Of a DNA stretch of 64,000 nucleotides, positions 1 to 9,047 are shown piece by piece. The stretch comes from an uncultured delta proteobacterium (GTDB lineage: Bacteria > Myxococcota > Myxococcia > Myxococcales > Myxococcaceae). The DNA is taken from positions 192,001 to 256,000 of the forward strand of contig CAVZMH010000019.1 of the NCBI GenBank assembly GCA_963776345.1, read 5' to 3'. Numbering within the stretch: position 1 is the stretch's first letter; each line of letters opens with the position of its first letter. A program made the translations under genes and the position numbers. The notes beneath the pieces were generated by a model. It searched no databases, was not told where the DNA came from, and saw only the letters and a program-made list of their open reading frames with translations.

Positions 1-1
1 C

Positions 2-856
2 TCAGATCGGCTTCTTGAACCGATCATCGTCCAGGTCCGGGTTCACCACAACGCGGTCGATGACGATCTTCTCCGAGCCGGGCACGCCCTCGATCGTGGT
101 CTCCATCGAGTGCGGCACCATCAGCCCGTTCACCGGCTTGTAGTCGCGGAGGTAAGTCCACACCTGGCGCCGCTTGCCGTCGAAGCGTCGCGCACCGTCC
201 ACCTTGACGTCGAGGAAGGTCTCCTTGTCCACCCAGACCCGGCGGACGTCCTTGCCGGTGGTGAGCTTCAGCTTGTAGGCGTCGCGGCCGTCGACCTGCT
301 CGGTGCCCTCCAGCTCCACCCGGGTCCCCGCCGAGGAGGCCTCGATCAGCGGGCCGTCCAGCTCCGACTGCTGCGAGGCGATCCGCAGCTCCTCGGCGGT
401 GAACGGCTCGACCTCGTGCCGCCCGAGGAAGGGCCGCAGCTTCCAGCCCTTCTTTCCATCGTAGACCTGGACCGCCGTCTCGCCCTGGAACTGGACCTCC
501 ACCCGCATCTTCCCCGGGCGGGCCAGCTCCATCAGGAAGGGCAGCTGGATCTGCTTCTCGGGCTCGGAGCTGGCGCTCAGCGCGGCCTTTCGCATCTCGC
601 CCCGGGTCTGGGTCCGCTGCTTGAGGTAGTTCATCGCCAGCTTCACCGGGTCGCGGCGCTTGCCGGCGTCGAGGTTCCCGGAGAAGGACATGGCCTTCAC
701 TGCCTTCCAGGCCTTCAGCCCGCCGCGCGCAGCGACGTTCTTCTCCACGATGGGCGCGGCGGCCTTCTCCGCGGGGCTGTGGCAGCCCGCGGCGGCCAGG
801 GCCAGGAGCAGGGCCGCTCCCGGGAGGAGCGAGGGGGGGGACGACGCTCTCTTCAT
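2..856 (-). CDS. Outer-membrane lipoprotein-sorting (LolA-like) lipoprotein
   Basis: Lipobox LAAAGC. 'VAARGGLKAWKAVK' N-terminus and 'YLRDYKPVNGLMVPH...VVVNPDLDDDRF' C-terminus resemble LolA-like sorting proteins. ATG at 856 follows GAGGA (the ORF track starts at GTG 871). Confidence 0.65.
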   Translation of the reverse strand: MKRASSPPSLLPGAALLLALAAAGCHSPAEKAAAPIVEKNVAARGGLKAWKAVKAMSFSGNLDAGKRRDPVKLAMNYLKQRTQTRGEMRKAALSASSEPEKQIQLPFLMELARPGKMRVEVQFQGETAVQVYDGKKGWKLRPFLGRHEVEPFTAEELRIASQQSELDGPLIEASSAGTRVELEGTEQVDGRDAYKLKLTTGKDVRRVWVDKETFLDVKVDGARRFDGKRRQVWTYLRDYKPVNGLMVPHSMETTIEGVPGSEKIVIDRVVVNPDLDDDRFKKPI

Positions 857-893
857 CGGATGGTTCCTCACGGGACAGCGCTCGGGCGGGGCC

Positions 894-1433
894 CTAGTTC
901 ACCACCAGGCCCTCGACCCTCAGGTTGCCGGCGACCAGCGTCACCCGGCTGCCGCGCTTCACTAGCCGGCCGGGGTTGCCGAAGATCATGAAGTAGGTGC
1001 GGTTCTCCTCGAGCTGGGCGATCTGCCGGAGCTCGCCCACCTTCTCCATCGCCGGGATGGCCAGCGCGGTGCGGGTGGCCTCGTCGATCAGGTAGGGCCG
1101 GGTCCGCCGGTCGGTGAGGACCGCCGCCTTCTGCGGATCCACCACCCGGTAGTCGAAGCGGAGCATCAGGCCCGAGGACACCGGGTGGATGGCCACGATG
1201 TCGATGCCCCAGTTGCGCTTGATGGTCAGCCCGCGGCGGGCGTGGAAGTCCGCGCCCGACTCGTGCTCGGACGCGGTCGTCCGGGCGAGTCGCTTCCTCG
1301 CCGGCTTCGGGGCGGCGTGCGCCGGCGCCGCAGACGGGGCGTCCTCCGCGTGCGCCGGCAGCGCGAGGACGCCGCCCGCCAGGACCACGGCGAGCAGCGT
1401 CCCCGAGCGGCGCGGTGAGGTCGTGCCGCGCAT
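894..1433 (-). CDS. Exported hypothetical protein in the multicopper-oxidase operon
   Basis: 3' part of ORF 894..2327. ATG overlaps the stop of the giant gene (TGATG). Signal peptide ending ALPAHA, then a globular domain 'LMLRFDYRVVDPQKA...YFMIFGNPGRLVKRG'. Confidence 0.75.
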   Translation of the reverse strand: MRGTTSPRRSGTLLAVVLAGGVLALPAHAEDAPSAAPAHAAPKPARKRLARTTASEHESGADFHARRGLTIKRNWGIDIVAIHPVSSGLMLRFDYRVVDPQKAAVLTDRRTRPYLIDEATRTALAIPAMEKVGELRQIAQLEENRTYFMIFGNPGRLVKRGSRVTLVAGNLRVEGLVVN

Positions 1434-4400
1434 CACTGAGTGGTCGCCGCCAGGAACGGCTGCACCGGTCCGCTGATCCACTCGTCCGCGCCGATGTCGT
1501 ACCCGCCCCCGGACGGCCGCGTTTGGTTGTCGAAGTCGTGGTTCGGTGCGCCGGAGGCGGTCCCGGTGTTGATCGCCGAGGCGCCCGCGCCGAGGTGGTA
1601 GTTGCCGACCAGCGCTTTGGACGTGGGGTGCTCCACGAACAGCGGTCCGAACCGCATGTTCACGTAGTTGTTCCCCTCGTCCACGGTCGCGGCCACCTGC
1701 AGGTTGAGGACCGCGGGCGGGTTGACGACAGTTCCGAGCTCCACCACCGCCCGCGACCCGTTGCAGTACTGGGCCACCAGGCCGGGGCTGGTGGTCCGGA
1801 GTCCCGCGCCCGGGTAGCCGGTGCTGCTGGTGATGACCGAGAAGGTCGGGTTCAACCGACGCGCGCCGGGGTTGACGCTCGCGTCCGCGAGCACCCCGAG
1901 GTCCCAGTAGCGAGCGCCGCTGGGGCACTGGCCGGTCGCCGTCTGGTCCGGGAGCACGGTGCAGCCGGCGCCCGGGGCGGCCGCCGCCCGGCTGTTGCCG
2001 ACGCAGAGCTGCCCGTTGCCGGAGTAGAAGAACGACCGGTTCTGCCAGAGGATGTTGTTGCTCAGCGCCGTGGGCTGCGAGATGGCGTTGGCGTTCCGCT
2101 GGGCGTTGGTGGCGAGCTGGGCGAGGAGGGCAGCACTGGTGGGCTCGGAGACGATCCCCGCCGGGCTCGGGTAACCCCTCCCGGCCTGCCCCGGCGTGGT
2201 CCCGGGCAAGGTGACGCCACCGGCCACCACCACCCCGGCGATGCCGGCGCTGTCGTTGGAGGCGATGGTGTTGTTGATGATCGACGCGCGGAGCGTGTCG
2301 GCCATGGAGATGCCGCCGCCGGCCCATCCGGCCACGTTGTTGTCGATGATGTTGTTAGTCAGGGCGATGACGTGCCACCGGGCAGCGTTGTTCGGGAAGC
2401 CGGTCACGTCCTGCCCGTTCACCTGGCTGAGCCGGATGCCGCCGCCCTGGCCGCCCTCGGCGAAGTTGCCGCGGATGACGTTGGCGTCGACCGTCACGTC
2501 GCCGGTGCCCATGCTCACTGCGCCGGCGATGGGAGGCTCGCCCTCGATGGCGATGCCGCCGCCGTGGGTGGAGCTGGTCTGCTGGAAGCTCTGGTTGAAG
2601 AGGATCTGGTTGAAGGCGATCACCCCGCCCTGGCTGAAGCCGACGTGGCCGATGCCGCCGCCATCCGAGGAGCTGTAGTTCCCGCAGATGAAGTTGTGGT
2701 CGATGCTGTAGTGGTCGGTGCCGGCGCAGATCGAGAGGCCGCCACCGGCGCCGCCCGAGCCGGCGGGGGCCTCCACCGTGCCGTTCTTGGTGATGGAGTT
2801 GTGGTGGACGCGGACGTTCTCGTCGTAGGCGAGGCCGTTGATCCGCCCGCCGGTGAGCCCGCCGGGGAGGCCGTCGAGCTCGAGGAAGGGGACGCCCACC
2901 CGGATGCCGCCGTGGTACGCGCCGGCGTTGCCGTAGACGCGGTTGTTGGAGATCTCCAGCCCGTGGGCCCAGCCGTTGACGTAGATGCCACCGCCGGCGT
3001 CGCCGCCGGTGACGCTGATCCCGTCGATCCGTGACGAGGCGCAGCGGAAGTTGCTGGCTCTGATCCGGCTGCCGTAGGTGCTGTTGGGGCCGCCGTTGCC
3101 GTTGGCGTTGAGGCACTGGTTGGCCGGCAGGTCCTTGGCCAGCACCGCGATGCCCGGGCCCTCCTCGGTGCCGAGCACGCTCGGCTCGAGCAGCACCACG
3201 CCGCCGGTGATCTCCTGCGTGGGCAGCGGGTCGACCTGCGCCGTGCCGATCTGGTTCCCGGTGGTGGCGTCGATGCTGAACAGCGCGTTGATCTTTTGAC
3301 GCCAGCCAGCCAGCTTGCTGTTCGGGTACTTGGCCGCGTTGATGATGACCGACGAGGCCCCCACGCCTTGGAGCCGCACCGGCTTCCACATCACCACCAG
3401 CTCGTTGTAGGTGCCGGCGTCGATCAGGATGAGGTCACCCGGGCTGGCGGCCTCGATCGCCGCCTGGATGCTCTGTCCACTCGCCACGCGGGTCGGAGAG
3501 GTCAGGGTCGCGCGCTCGAGGGTCATCGTGACCGCGTCCACCGTGGAGCGTCCGGCCGCGGTGGTGACCACCAGCTCTCCGCTCGGCGTGCGAGGGGGCA
3601 CGGTCACGGTGATCGACTGATCGCTCCAGCTGGTGATGCCGCCGCTGATGTCGACGTCGCCGATCTTCACGGTGCCCTGGCCGCCGCCGAAGCCGTAGTG
3701 CCGGGTCAGTGTGCGCTGGCTGGCTGCGCCGGCCAGGGCGAACGGGCCGGAGTAGGCCGGGTTGATGACCTGCTGGTCTCCCTCGGCGGTGATGGTGAGC
3801 GTTCCGCCGGCCACCGGCAGGTAAGGGCCGAAGCCCGCGCTCGAGTCCACCCGCTTGATGACCGGGGCGTTGTCCGGCTGCGCGCAGTCCGGCGGGTTGT
3901 AGCCCGCGGCGAAGGCGGCGATGGGGAGCACCGGGGTGTCCAGGTACGTCGTCTGCCCCGGCATGAACGGGTTCGTGTAACAGAAGTTGCTGTACGAGGG
4001 GTTGTAGGCCGGGTCGGTGATCATCTTGACCTTCCCCGTCGCCGGGTCGATCGCTCCGGAAGGATCCGGGATCGGTCCCGGGTCGTTCATGCAGGTGATG
4101 AGCATGTTCGGCCCGTAGCCCGAGGGCGTCGGCGGGTTCACCAGCCAGCTCGAGGCCGTCAACATGTTGTACGCGCCCCACTGGTCGCTGTAGGTCCGAC
4201 TGATCTCCATCCCGCTGAAGTCCTTCACCGAGACCGGCACGAAGGGCACCGAGGCCTTCTCGCCGAAGTCCGGAGCGATGGCGTTGAACTCGCTCGAGGC
4301 GTCGTCGAGGATGATGCCGGTGTTGTTGGAGGCCACGGGCACCGGGGTGAAGACGAAGAAGTTGGCCGCGGTCTGCATCTGATCGTTCAGCACCACCCGC

Positions 4401-7400
4401 TTGCGGTCGCAGAGCGGCCGGTCCATCCCGGCGAACGGCGCGACTTGCTGCGCCTGCGGGAACACCGTCAGGAAGTCGGGCACCCGGTGCAGGTTGCCTG
4501 CACACTCCGGGAACTGGGTCGCCGTGGAGTTGGTGTAGATGCCGAGGTTGGTGGTCGGGTCGCTCTGGAACCCTTGATCACCCGTGTTCGGGTTGTAGGG
4601 GTTGGCGTTGTTGAGCGTGGCCTGGTCCGGGAGGATGAAGATGCTCCCCAGGGGGCCGAACTGCTGGGTGGCCGGGGCGTTGAACGCGTCGCCGATGAGG
4701 ATGTTCTTGTCCTCCTCCTTGACGATCTCGTAGCCCGGCGGCGTGACCGCCTCGACCACGTACGTCCCCGGAGGCAGACTCACCAGCGTCTTTCCGGCGG
4801 CCCTGTCCGTGGCGCTCAGCGGGTGGGCGTTGACGTACGCGGCGCTGGGGAAGGTGTAGCGGCCGTCGTAGGGGGCGGCCTGCACCTGGTTCCAGTTGTG
4901 GAAGCCGTCGTAGCAGCGCTGGCGGTCGTTCGGGCCCAGGGTGAAGTTGGTGAACGGATCGGTGGCCAGCTGTCCCGGGCACTGCATGTTGACCTGCCGG
5001 CCCGGCGGATAGGCGCCAGGGGACGCAAGCGCTCCGGTGGTCGGATTGCGCAGTTTGTTGTCCGGTCCGAGCAGGTACTGGTTGTTGTCCGCGCCGTAGA
5101 CCAGGTTGACCCAGTCGTCCCAGCTCGAGGTCTGGGTGCTGTCGACGAGGTGGAGGGTCTCGCTGCCGTCGGGGAGCGTCTTCTGCTCGTAGAGGTTCAC
5201 CGTGACCCGCGGAACGAGCGGCTCCCAGATGGTCTGCACGTTGAGCCGCTGGTCGTCGAAGGGGCGGGTGGACGAGTAGACCACCGTGCCGATGATGCCG
5301 CCGTTCTCGGTCGGCACGTACGGGGTGCGGCCCCAGTCCACCCGGTTCCGCTGGCTGATGAAGCTCTGCACGCCGTAGGAGAGCGCGCCCGGCGTCTCCA
5401 CCCGGACGCTCGACTCGCCGGTGGGGTAGGTCGATGTCCAGAGGAACTGCCCGATGCCGGAGGTGTCCGGCTTGCCGCCGCCGTCCACCCAGATGTGCAC
5501 GCCGGTCTGCTTGAACCGCGAGGTGTCGGCCTCGGCGACGTACCAGTTGAAGAGCGGGAAGAGCTCCACCAGGATGCCGTTTCCGGCGCTGTCGCTCAGC
5601 GTGGCGTTGGACGGCGCGCCGTTCCGGTAGCGCACGGTGAGCACCTCGTTGCTGATGCCCGGCTCGTCGGCGTCGTAGATGCCGTTCTTGTTCAGGTCCT
5701 GGTAGATGTTCTGGTCGTACTGGGTGAACCAGCTCAGGACCGGGATGTTCCCCATGTCCACTCTGTTCACCCCGGGGGGAACGGTGACCGCGACGTTCTG
5801 GATGATCTGGTCCAGCCACTGGTCGAACACCGCCAGGTCGTAGGTCCCCGCGGGGATGCCGGCGAGGGTGTAGTTGCCGTCCGGATCACACTGCGCGGCG
5901 GCGATCGCCGGCCCGGTCCCGCTCTGCGAGTTCAGGACCACCTGGCAGGTGGTGGAGAACAGGAGATCGTAGGAGCTGGAATCCCACAGCGTCACGTCCG
6001 AGGGATGGGACATGTGCTGGTTGGTGACCTTCCCCACGATGGTGGCGGGGCCGGTCAGCCGGTTGGCCGTGGCGTACGCCGCGACATGTCCGGGGTTCAC
6101 GAAGCCGATGGTGGTGTGGAAGCCCGGCGGGCCGAACTCCTGGAAGTACACCGGCTCGTTGATGCCCACGAAGGCGTCCTGGGCCGGGGTGCCCTCCAGC
6201 GTCTCGGTCTGCCACCAGACCTCCCCCGCCTCCTCGCGCGCCGCGGCCGGGTGGGCGATGACGTCGTAGCGGGCCGGGGTCAGGTTCTTGATCAGAGCGT
6301 GGCCGGCGAGCGCATACCGCGCGGGGTCGCCGTTGTAGCCCGGAGGGGCGTTGGGGCAGGTGTAGACCGCGCCGACCAGGTTCCCGTCCGCCGTGGTCTG
6401 GTTGCCGTTGGTCCTCCGGTTCAGCTCGTCCGGGCACCCCGGCGTCCCGAGCAGGGCGTTGGACAGCGGCATGTTGAACGCGTCGTAGGTCTGCTGGCCC
6501 GCCACGTCGCCGGTGCGGCCCGCCGGGTCCATGAGGATGATGTTGAAGCCCCCGAGGCCGTTCTCGTTGAGGTCGTTCTGGCCGTTGGTGGGGGCGTTGT
6601 CCTCGTAGATGTAGATGCTCAGCTGGGCGGGCTGGATGGGCGTCTTCTGGAGCTTGATGCTGACCGGGGCCCAGGTGCCGTTGGCCAGCGGTCTGATCTC
6701 CGCGCCGCCCATGATGTGGCCCGAGCCGTCGGCCGCGCAGACGGTCGAGGTGGTCGGATCGCAGCCGCCGGCCGGGTTGCCGGCGTCACCGGGCAGGATG
6801 GAGATGTAGTACCGCTTGCTCGCGTCCAGCGCGACGCGGTCCGGGCGGGTCTCGACGCTGGCAAGGTTGATGGTCACGGGCTGGCCGCGGACGGACTGAC
6901 CCGCGCCGCAGCTCACCGCGCCCACGCAGCCCGTGGCCACCACCGTCATGTGGCTCCGGTGGAAGCTGGTGCCGATGGTGCGGGTGCTGACGCTCGGGGT
7001 GACCGACTGCTCGCTCTTGAAGGTGAGGTCCTCCTGCAGCGTCCACCGGTAGTCGCCGATGGCCGTCCCGTCCGTGGCGTCGACCACCGAGACCGCGAGG
7101 TTGGAGGCCGCCGCGAAGTTGATGGTCACCAGGGCCGTGGAGGTGCTCTGCGTCCCCTGCGAGTTCACCGCGCGGTATCGGAAGTGGCACGAGGCGCCGC
7201 TCGCCGTCGCGCTGAACGAGCCATCCGGGTTGAGGGTGACTGCTGAACAGGTGCTCGCGCTGACCGCGCTCGCCGGGCAGGCGCCGGTGGAGTCCGCGAC
7301 GCAGGCGGTGAGCGTGTAGTTGCTGGGGTCGGTGTCGTTCGCCAGCACCCCCGGCCGCGCGGCGCTGAACTTTCCGGCGACGTTGCTGCTGAAGGTATCG

Positions 7401-9019
7401 GGGTTGGCGATGGGCGGCCCGCCCTTGGCGCCGACGATCAGGGTCACCGTCGCGGTCAGGGTGGACACTCCGTTGCCCACGTAGGTGAACTGGTCGGATC
7501 CGGTGTAGCCCTTGGTCGGGGTGTAGGTGAAGCGGCCGTCGGCGAGGAGGCTCAACGTGCCGTGGCTGACGTTGCCGGAGAGCGCGACCTTCGAGACCCC
7601 CACGTCGTTCGCCGTCACGTCACCGCTCTTGGAGCCGTTGTACGGGACGTTGAAGCTGTCGGAGTTGGCGGCGGCCGCGACCGCGGTGGGGAGGTTCCCG
7701 GGCGCGCCGGGCACCGGGACGGTGCTGGCCACCCCGCCGACGGTGACCTGCTGGGTCGGCGCCGCGGCGTGGTTCACCAGGATGAAGCCCTGCATGCCGC
7801 CGTTGGGATGATTGTCCGTGCTCAGGCTGAGCGACCGGTCGAAGACCGGATAGGTGCCGGACGCGTAGCTGCTGCCGCTGGCGCTGGCCGGCGGGCTCAT
7901 CAGCACATCCAGCGTCTTGCCCGCGGTGAGCAGGACCTCGCTCTGGGCCTTGGGGTTGCCGGGGGCGAGGTTCCCATCCTCCGCCACCAGCCTCATGCCC
8001 GGCGCGCCGACGATGGTCGGCACGTGGGTGCGCGAGCCCGTGTTCAGCAGGCGGACCAGCATGTTCCCCGAGCGGTACGCCGCAGTGTCGCCCAGCAGGT
8101 ACTGGGAGGCCTGCGGCGCGGTCCGGTCGAACGCCTGGCCGTTGATGAAGAAGTAGGTCGGCGTGTAGTTCACCGCCGCTGGGTACGCGGGGCGGCAGGA
8201 GCCGGGCGTACGGGCGCAGGTCGGGTCGTTGCGGAAGTTGAGGTCCGCCCCGGCGTTGGCTGCCGCATCCACCGCGGCGTTCTGCACCGGGTCCATCTCG
8301 CTCAGGAGCAGCGCGATCTCGTCGTCGTAGCTCACCCCCGGATACGCGGTGCCCGCCGCGGTGGCGGTGGGCGCGGTGGTGACCACCAGCACGCCGTAGA
8401 GGCCCATCGGGACCTCGAGCGAGGGCAGGGTGCCGGTCTCGTAGATGTACGTGCCCGGCTTGAGGTTGTTCCAGGTCAGCGTGGCAGTCGCCCCGGGTGC
8501 GACCTCCAGGCCGAACGAACGGACCCGCGGTCCCTGGGGCGGGGGCACGAAGGCAGGGCCGTCGGGCCGGACGTCGGCGTTCCCGGGGAAGGTGGTGAAG
8601 TTCTGCGCGTTGTGGACCGGCCCGGCCATCATGGTCGGCGTGCCGACGCCACCGCCGGCCTGGCCGAGGATGACCAGCGAGGTCGGCAGCTTGAGGTTGT
8701 TGGTCAGGTTGATGGAGAGGTCGTCTCCGGCGGCGGCCACGAGGGTCGGCCCCGGCGCCCAGCTGCCTCCGGAGACGCAGCCGGTGGACCCGGTCTGGCA
8801 GAAGCCCCACATCGGCGAGGCCGTCCCGTCGCGGAGCACGGTGGTCATCCGCTGGGCGGTCAGGTTCACCGTCTTGCTGAGGCCCTGGGTGATGCGTCCG
8901 GAGTTGGCGTTGGCCGCGCTCGATGGCGCGCGTCCGTTTCCGGTGCAGGCGGTGGCGGCGGCCAGCAGGACGCCGAGCGCGGCCGGCAGGCGAAGGCTCT
9001 GTGAGTGGCGGAGGTGCAC
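1433..9019 (-). CDS. Giant (~2,530 aa) lipoprotein: ligand-less cupredoxin pair, Ig/cadherin-like repeats, IPT-like domain, beta-helix, C-terminal choice-of-anchor-Q-like motif
   Basis: Long ORF with typical codon usage. GTG at 9019 follows GAGGAG (alternative ATG 9061). Lipobox LAAATAC. MCO-like 'PGPTLVAAAGDDLSINLTN' and 'GTYIYETG...MGLYG'. Ig-like 'DGRFTYTPTKGYTGSDQFTY'. Gly-rich beta-helix repeats. C-terminal 'NYHLGAGASAINTG...YDIGADE'. Confidence 0.85.
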   Translation of the reverse strand: MHLRHSQSLRLPAALGVLLAAATACTGNGRAPSSAANANSGRITQGLSKTVNLTAQRMTTVLRDGTASPMWGFCQTGSTGCVSGGSWAPGPTLVAAAGDDLSINLTNNLKLPTSLVILGQAGGGVGTPTMMAGPVHNAQNFTTFPGNADVRPDGPAFVPPPQGPRVRSFGLEVAPGATATLTWNNLKPGTYIYETGTLPSLEVPMGLYGVLVVTTAPTATAAGTAYPGVSYDDEIALLLSEMDPVQNAAVDAAANAGADLNFRNDPTCARTPGSCRPAYPAAVNYTPTYFFINGQAFDRTAPQASQYLLGDTAAYRSGNMLVRLLNTGSRTHVPTIVGAPGMRLVAEDGNLAPGNPKAQSEVLLTAGKTLDVLMSPPASASGSSYASGTYPVFDRSLSLSTDNHPNGGMQGFILVNHAAAPTQQVTVGGVASTVPVPGAPGNLPTAVAAAANSDSFNVPYNGSKSGDVTANDVGVSKVALSGNVSHGTLSLLADGRFTYTPTKGYTGSDQFTYVGNGVSTLTATVTLIVGAKGGPPIANPDTFSSNVAGKFSAARPGVLANDTDPSNYTLTACVADSTGACPASAVSASTCSAVTLNPDGSFSATASGASCHFRYRAVNSQGTQSTSTALVTINFAAASNLAVSVVDATDGTAIGDYRWTLQEDLTFKSEQSVTPSVSTRTIGTSFHRSHMTVVATGCVGAVSCGAGQSVRGQPVTINLASVETRPDRVALDASKRYYISILPGDAGNPAGGCDPTTSTVCAADGSGHIMGGAEIRPLANGTWAPVSIKLQKTPIQPAQLSIYIYEDNAPTNGQNDLNENGLGGFNIILMDPAGRTGDVAGQQTYDAFNMPLSNALLGTPGCPDELNRRTNGNQTTADGNLVGAVYTCPNAPPGYNGDPARYALAGHALIKNLTPARYDVIAHPAAAREEAGEVWWQTETLEGTPAQDAFVGINEPVYFQEFGPPGFHTTIGFVNPGHVAAYATANRLTGPATIVGKVTNQHMSHPSDVTLWDSSSYDLLFSTTCQVVLNSQSGTGPAIAAAQCDPDGNYTLAGIPAGTYDLAVFDQWLDQIIQNVAVTVPPGVNRVDMGNIPVLSWFTQYDQNIYQDLNKNGIYDADEPGISNEVLTVRYRNGAPSNATLSDSAGNGILVELFPLFNWYVAEADTSRFKQTGVHIWVDGGGKPDTSGIGQFLWTSTYPTGESSVRVETPGALSYGVQSFISQRNRVDWGRTPYVPTENGGIIGTVVYSSTRPFDDQRLNVQTIWEPLVPRVTVNLYEQKTLPDGSETLHLVDSTQTSSWDDWVNLVYGADNNQYLLGPDNKLRNPTTGALASPGAYPPGRQVNMQCPGQLATDPFTNFTLGPNDRQRCYDGFHNWNQVQAAPYDGRYTFPSAAYVNAHPLSATDRAAGKTLVSLPPGTYVVEAVTPPGYEIVKEEDKNILIGDAFNAPATQQFGPLGSIFILPDQATLNNANPYNPNTGDQGFQSDPTTNLGIYTNSTATQFPECAGNLHRVPDFLTVFPQAQQVAPFAGMDRPLCDRKRVVLNDQMQTAANFFVFTPVPVASNNTGIILDDASSEFNAIAPDFGEKASVPFVPVSVKDFSGMEISRTYSDQWGAYNMLTASSWLVNPPTPSGYGPNMLITCMNDPGPIPDPSGAIDPATGKVKMITDPAYNPSYSNFCYTNPFMPGQTTYLDTPVLPIAAFAAGYNPPDCAQPDNAPVIKRVDSSAGFGPYLPVAGGTLTITAEGDQQVINPAYSGPFALAGAASQRTLTRHYGFGGGQGTVKIGDVDISGGITSWSDQSITVTVPPRTPSGELVVTTAAGRSTVDAVTMTLERATLTSPTRVASGQSIQAAIEAASPGDLILIDAGTYNELVVMWKPVRLQGVGASSVIINAAKYPNSKLAGWRQKINALFSIDATTGNQIGTAQVDPLPTQEITGGVVLLEPSVLGTEEGPGIAVLAKDLPANQCLNANGNGGPNSTYGSRIRASNFRCASSRIDGISVTGGDAGGGIYVNGWAHGLEISNNRVYGNAGAYHGGIRVGVPFLELDGLPGGLTGGRINGLAYDENVRVHHNSITKNGTVEAPAGSGGAGGGLSICAGTDHYSIDHNFICGNYSSSDGGGIGHVGFSQGGVIAFNQILFNQSFQQTSSTHGGGIAIEGEPPIAGAVSMGTGDVTVDANVIRGNFAEGGQGGGIRLSQVNGQDVTGFPNNAARWHVIALTNNIIDNNVAGWAGGGISMADTLRASIINNTIASNDSAGIAGVVVAGGVTLPGTTPGQAGRGYPSPAGIVSEPTSAALLAQLATNAQRNANAISQPTALSNNILWQNRSFFYSGNGQLCVGNSRAAAAPGAGCTVLPDQTATGQCPSGARYWDLGVLADASVNPGARRLNPTFSVITSSTGYPGAGLRTTSPGLVAQYCNGSRAVVELGTVVNPPAVLNLQVAATVDEGNNYVNMRFGPLFVEHPTSKALVGNYHLGAGASAINTGTASGAPNHDFDNQTRPSGGGYDIGADEWISGPVQPFLAATTQ

Positions 9020-9047
9020 GGGATTCTCCTCGATCGTCCTGCGCGGC

